In this document: positions 61,792-64,000 of the stretch, piece by piece | Numbering within the stretch: position 1 is the first letter of the stretch | Layout of the letters: the number at the start of each line of letters is the position of its first letter | NCBI GenBank assembly: GCA_963780185.1 | Contig: CAWABA010000001.1 | Span: 256,001 to 320,000 of the forward strand | Length of the DNA stretch: 64,000 nt | Direction of reading: 5' to 3' | DNA from: Candidatus Bathyarchaeota archaeon | GTDB taxonomy: Archaea > Thermoproteota > Bathyarchaeia > Bathyarchaeales > Bathycorpusculaceae | Notes under the pieces: generated by a model | What the model was told of the DNA's origin: nothing | Seen by the model: only the letters and a program-made list of their open reading frames with translations | The model's database searches: none | Position numbers and translations under genes: made by a program

Positions 61792-62034
61792 ATGGGAACT
61801 GATAAGATGTTCAGGAAATGCCCATCGTGTGGTCGCCTGTTTCAGGCGAAGGAGGTCAAGCGTGAGCAACTCGAAAACCCCTACGAGGTCCAAGTGCCTG
61901 CAGGCAGGGGAGGCTTCGTTTACGAGCGAATCGAAAACTTCAGGGTCACTTACAAGTGCAAGGGTTGCGGCCACGAGTGGACGGACGTGAGCGCGAAGAC
62001 CCTCCACGACCACTTGAGTTCTCTTAAACTTTAG
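61792..62034 (+). CDS. Small Zn-ribbon protein
   Basis: KCPSCG…YKCKGCGHEW. Confidence 0.65.
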   Translation: MGTDKMFRKCPSCGRLFQAKEVKREQLENPYEVQVPAGRGGFVYERIENFRVTYKCKGCGHEWTDVSAKTLHDHLSSLKL

Positions 62035-62160
62035 GCTGTATTCAAGGCTTTTTGAAAACTGGAAGCGATAGGACAAGAAAAATTTAAAATTTGTTTTATG
62101 TTTTTTATAGGTTCTGATCATAAAACAACATGCAATAAAATTGCGCGGGTCCTTTTTAAA

Positions 62161-62224
62161 TGGGACAGGGGTGGGATTTGAACCCCTGGCTCTCGAGTGC
62201 AAGTCCAGCGTTCATGCTATCTGA
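62161..62224 (-). pseudogene. Degenerate tRNA-Ala(UGC) remnant
   Basis: Aligns with the tRNA from the D arm to the 3' end (GGATTTGAACCCC, TGCAA, AGCGTTCATGC); lacks the 5' acceptor strand. Confidence 0.7.
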
Positions 62225-62239
62225 TAGAGGCAAATGCGC

Positions 62240-62665
62240 TTATTCAGTAAGGCGTTCTATGTCTGAGAAACAGTCAAAGTGCTTATCAAACGTGTAGATC
62301 TTCGTTATTCCAGCTTTTTTCATCATCACATGCGCTAAAGCATCATTTAATCCAACCGAATTCTGTTCGGCTGTCGCTACAGCGCTCAGGTAATCTTCTT
62401 GGGTTACATCGCAAATCTGGATGTTTCTCCGAAGCAACAAACCTTTTTCAAGCTCAAGAGCGCCTTCAAAAGACATGTAGTACTCTAATATGTTGCATAG
62501 CTCGCTGAAATGGACAACCGAAAACGCCACTTTTTCGCCCTCGTTTATTCTGCCCAGAATGATCTTTGCCGCTTCCTTTGTTTTGGTTTCGTGAGGTTGA
62601 AGTTTCCTTGTCGTCTTCAGGAGGGCATAGACAAACACGTTAGTGTCCATGAAGGCAATGGACAA
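62240..62665 (-). CDS. vapC: VapC PIN-domain toxin
   Basis: FMDTNVFVY, SE, NDAL, IYTFDKHFD. Confidence 0.9.
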   Translation of the reverse strand: MSIAFMDTNVFVYALLKTTRKLQPHETKTKEAAKIILGRINEGEKVAFSVVHFSELCNILEYYMSFEGALELEKGLLLRRNIQICDVTQEDYLSAVATAEQNSVGLNDALAHVMMKKAGITKIYTFDKHFDCFSDIERLTE

Positions 62666-62668
62666 AAA

Positions 62669-62902
62669 CTATTTCCTCCGCAGTTCCTCGCGAACCTTAT
62701 GCCAATCAGATAGGTCAGCCTTCAAATCCACTTCGACTGAATCAAAATATTTAGTTAAATCAATATCTTCAAAAGGCCTGATTTCGATAATGTCCCCTTT
62801 TTGTGCGACAACCGCCTTTTTATCCTTCAGGTACCTGTCACGCCAATTTTTAGGCAAAATTATTCTGCCTTGGTTATCAACCGCCTTAATTTCCATTTCC
62901 AA
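62669..62902 (-). CDS. vapB: AbrB/MazE-type antitoxin
   Basis: VDNQGRIILPKNWR; directly upstream of the PIN gene. Confidence 0.88.
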   Translation of the reverse strand: MEMEIKAVDNQGRIILPKNWRDRYLKDKKAVVAQKGDIIEIRPFEDIDLTKYFDSVEVDLKADLSDWHKVREELRRK

Positions 62903-62948
62903 TCGGCTTCACCTTTGAAAAGAAGGTTAATCGCGTATAAAGAATTTT

Positions 62949-63026
62949 TGGTGGACTGGGGGGGATTTGAACCCCCAACCTCTTGAATGCAAATCAAGCG
63001 TTCATGCCAGACTGAACTACCAGCCC
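62949..63026 (-). tRNA. tRNA-Ala(UGC), CCA encoded
   Basis: Acceptor GGGCTGG/CCAGTCC with G3:U70; anticodon arm CTTGA-TTTGCAT-TCAAG; T arm GGGGG-TTCAAAT-CCCCC; ACCA end. Confidence 0.96.
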
Positions 63027-63188
63027 CTGCACCATAGATTTTTGCACTTATCAGGTTCTTGCTCTTTCCCGAAGGATTAACCAATCAATGATATTTAGCT
63101 TTTGTCCGCAGAAAAACCTCTCAACCAAAACAAACCGAAAAATAAAAAAAATATTGAATAAAAAAGTTGTTACAGCTTCGCTTTCGGC

Positions 63189-63335
63189 TTAGTAACTTCG
63201 TCTTGGCCTAGGTGGGCGCTTCTTGACGAAGCATTCTCGGCAGTAAACTGGGCGGGCTGGGTCTGGTTTGAATGGAACTTCGCATTCTTCGCCGCATTCA
63301 GCACATTTCGCCTTGAACATTTCTTTTCCTGACAA
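63189..63335 (-). CDS. CxxC-x17-CxxC domain small protein (48 aa, not in the ORF track)
   Basis: AGGAG RBS; MSGKEMFKAKCAECGEECEVPFKPDPARPVYCRECFVKKRPPRPRRSY. Confidence 0.88.
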   Translation of the reverse strand: MSGKEMFKAKCAECGEECEVPFKPDPARPVYCRECFVKKRPPRPRRSY

Positions 63336-63503
63336 ATTATTCAACTCCTACTTACTTTATGTGCCAAAAACAAGTTCTGCACGATTCATTTATGAACCTA
63401 CGGCGAAATATAAAATTTATCTAAACAGAACAGTAACTGAAGGATTGCCTTAAGCATAAGCTATATTTCTAAAGAGCCTAAATTCTATGTAGAGGCTTGG
63501 AAT

Positions 63504-63989
63504 TTGGAGTTTAAAGTTGTTAAAATTGACCCGCCTAAAGACTGTAACGTCATTTTGGGTCAGGCTCACTTCATTAAAACCGCGGAAGACCTATACGAGG
63601 CACTGGTCAATTCTGTCCCTAACATACAGTTCGGGCTCGGTTTCTGTGAAAGCTCAGGTCCCTGCCTAGTCAGACACGAAGGCAACGACGCGGAGCTACG
63701 CCAAAAGGTAGCGGAGAAAGCCTTAGAAATCGGCTGCGGACACAGCTTCTTAATCTACATAAAAAACGCGTACCCACTCAACGTGCTTGACAAAATCAAA
63801 AAGGTGCCTGAAGTCTGCACGGTTTACGCTGCTACGGCTAACCCGCTGGAAGTGTTGGTTGCTGAGACCGCGCAGGGCAGAGGCATAATCGGGGTTGTTG
63901 ATGGGCAAAAAAGCAGAGGCATAGAAAACGACGCGGACGTGGCTGAGAGGCGCAGCTTTGTGCGGAAAATCGGTTACAAACTGGGTTGA
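63504..63989 (+). CDS. Adenosine-specific kinase-like protein (DUF355)
   Basis: [37 protein letters not shown]. Confidence 0.85.
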   Translation: MEFKVVKIDPPKDCNVILGQAHFIKTAEDLYEALVNSVPNIQFGLGFCESSGPCLVRHEGNDAELRQKVAEKALEIGCGHSFLIYIKNAYPLNVLDKIKKVPEVCTVYAATANPLEVLVAETAQGRGIIGVVDGQKSRGIENDADVAERRSFVRKIGYKLG

Positions 63990-64000
63990 CGGCGCTTATT

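Larger units (their letters stand above)
61450..62975. mobile_element. Integrase-less genomic islet at the tRNA-Ala 3' end
   Basis: Bounded by tRNA 3'-end repeats; carries vapBC and two Zn-finger ORFs. Confidence 0.55.

Overview
Archaeal chromosome segment, most consistent with Bathyarchaeia. The evidence is aRF1, DGGGP synthase, Ftr, a eukaryote-like topoisomerase IB and a large secreted beta-propeller protein. Core content: two tandem-domain Lrp/AsnC regulators, divergent ACT-thrC-hom-lysC and argGH-carAB operons, the DUF39/NIL-ferredoxin/ApbE-like homocysteine cluster, ftr, aRF1, a multi-PAS histidine kinase, top1B, a peptide ABC operon, several surface proteins and tRNA-Ala(UGC). About 15 single-base frameshifts, many in housekeeping genes, look like long-read sequencing errors. 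There are two accessory regions. The first is an AT-richer island at ~19.1-24.1 kb with a DUF5678-like/aspartic-protease pair, a HEPN-like gene, an active/inactive resolvase-like nuclease pair and a repeat-flanked gene. The second is an integrase-less islet at the tRNA-Ala 3' end with vapBC, two tRNA-derived repeats and an adjacent TFS paralogue. The most interesting unproven leads are a possible archaeal pyroglutamate 'Q-rule', a Top1B-linked HExxH protease, the nuclease pair, two structured intergenic RNA candidates and a 10-bp phased AGTC array. All family assignments come from motif recognition, not database searches.
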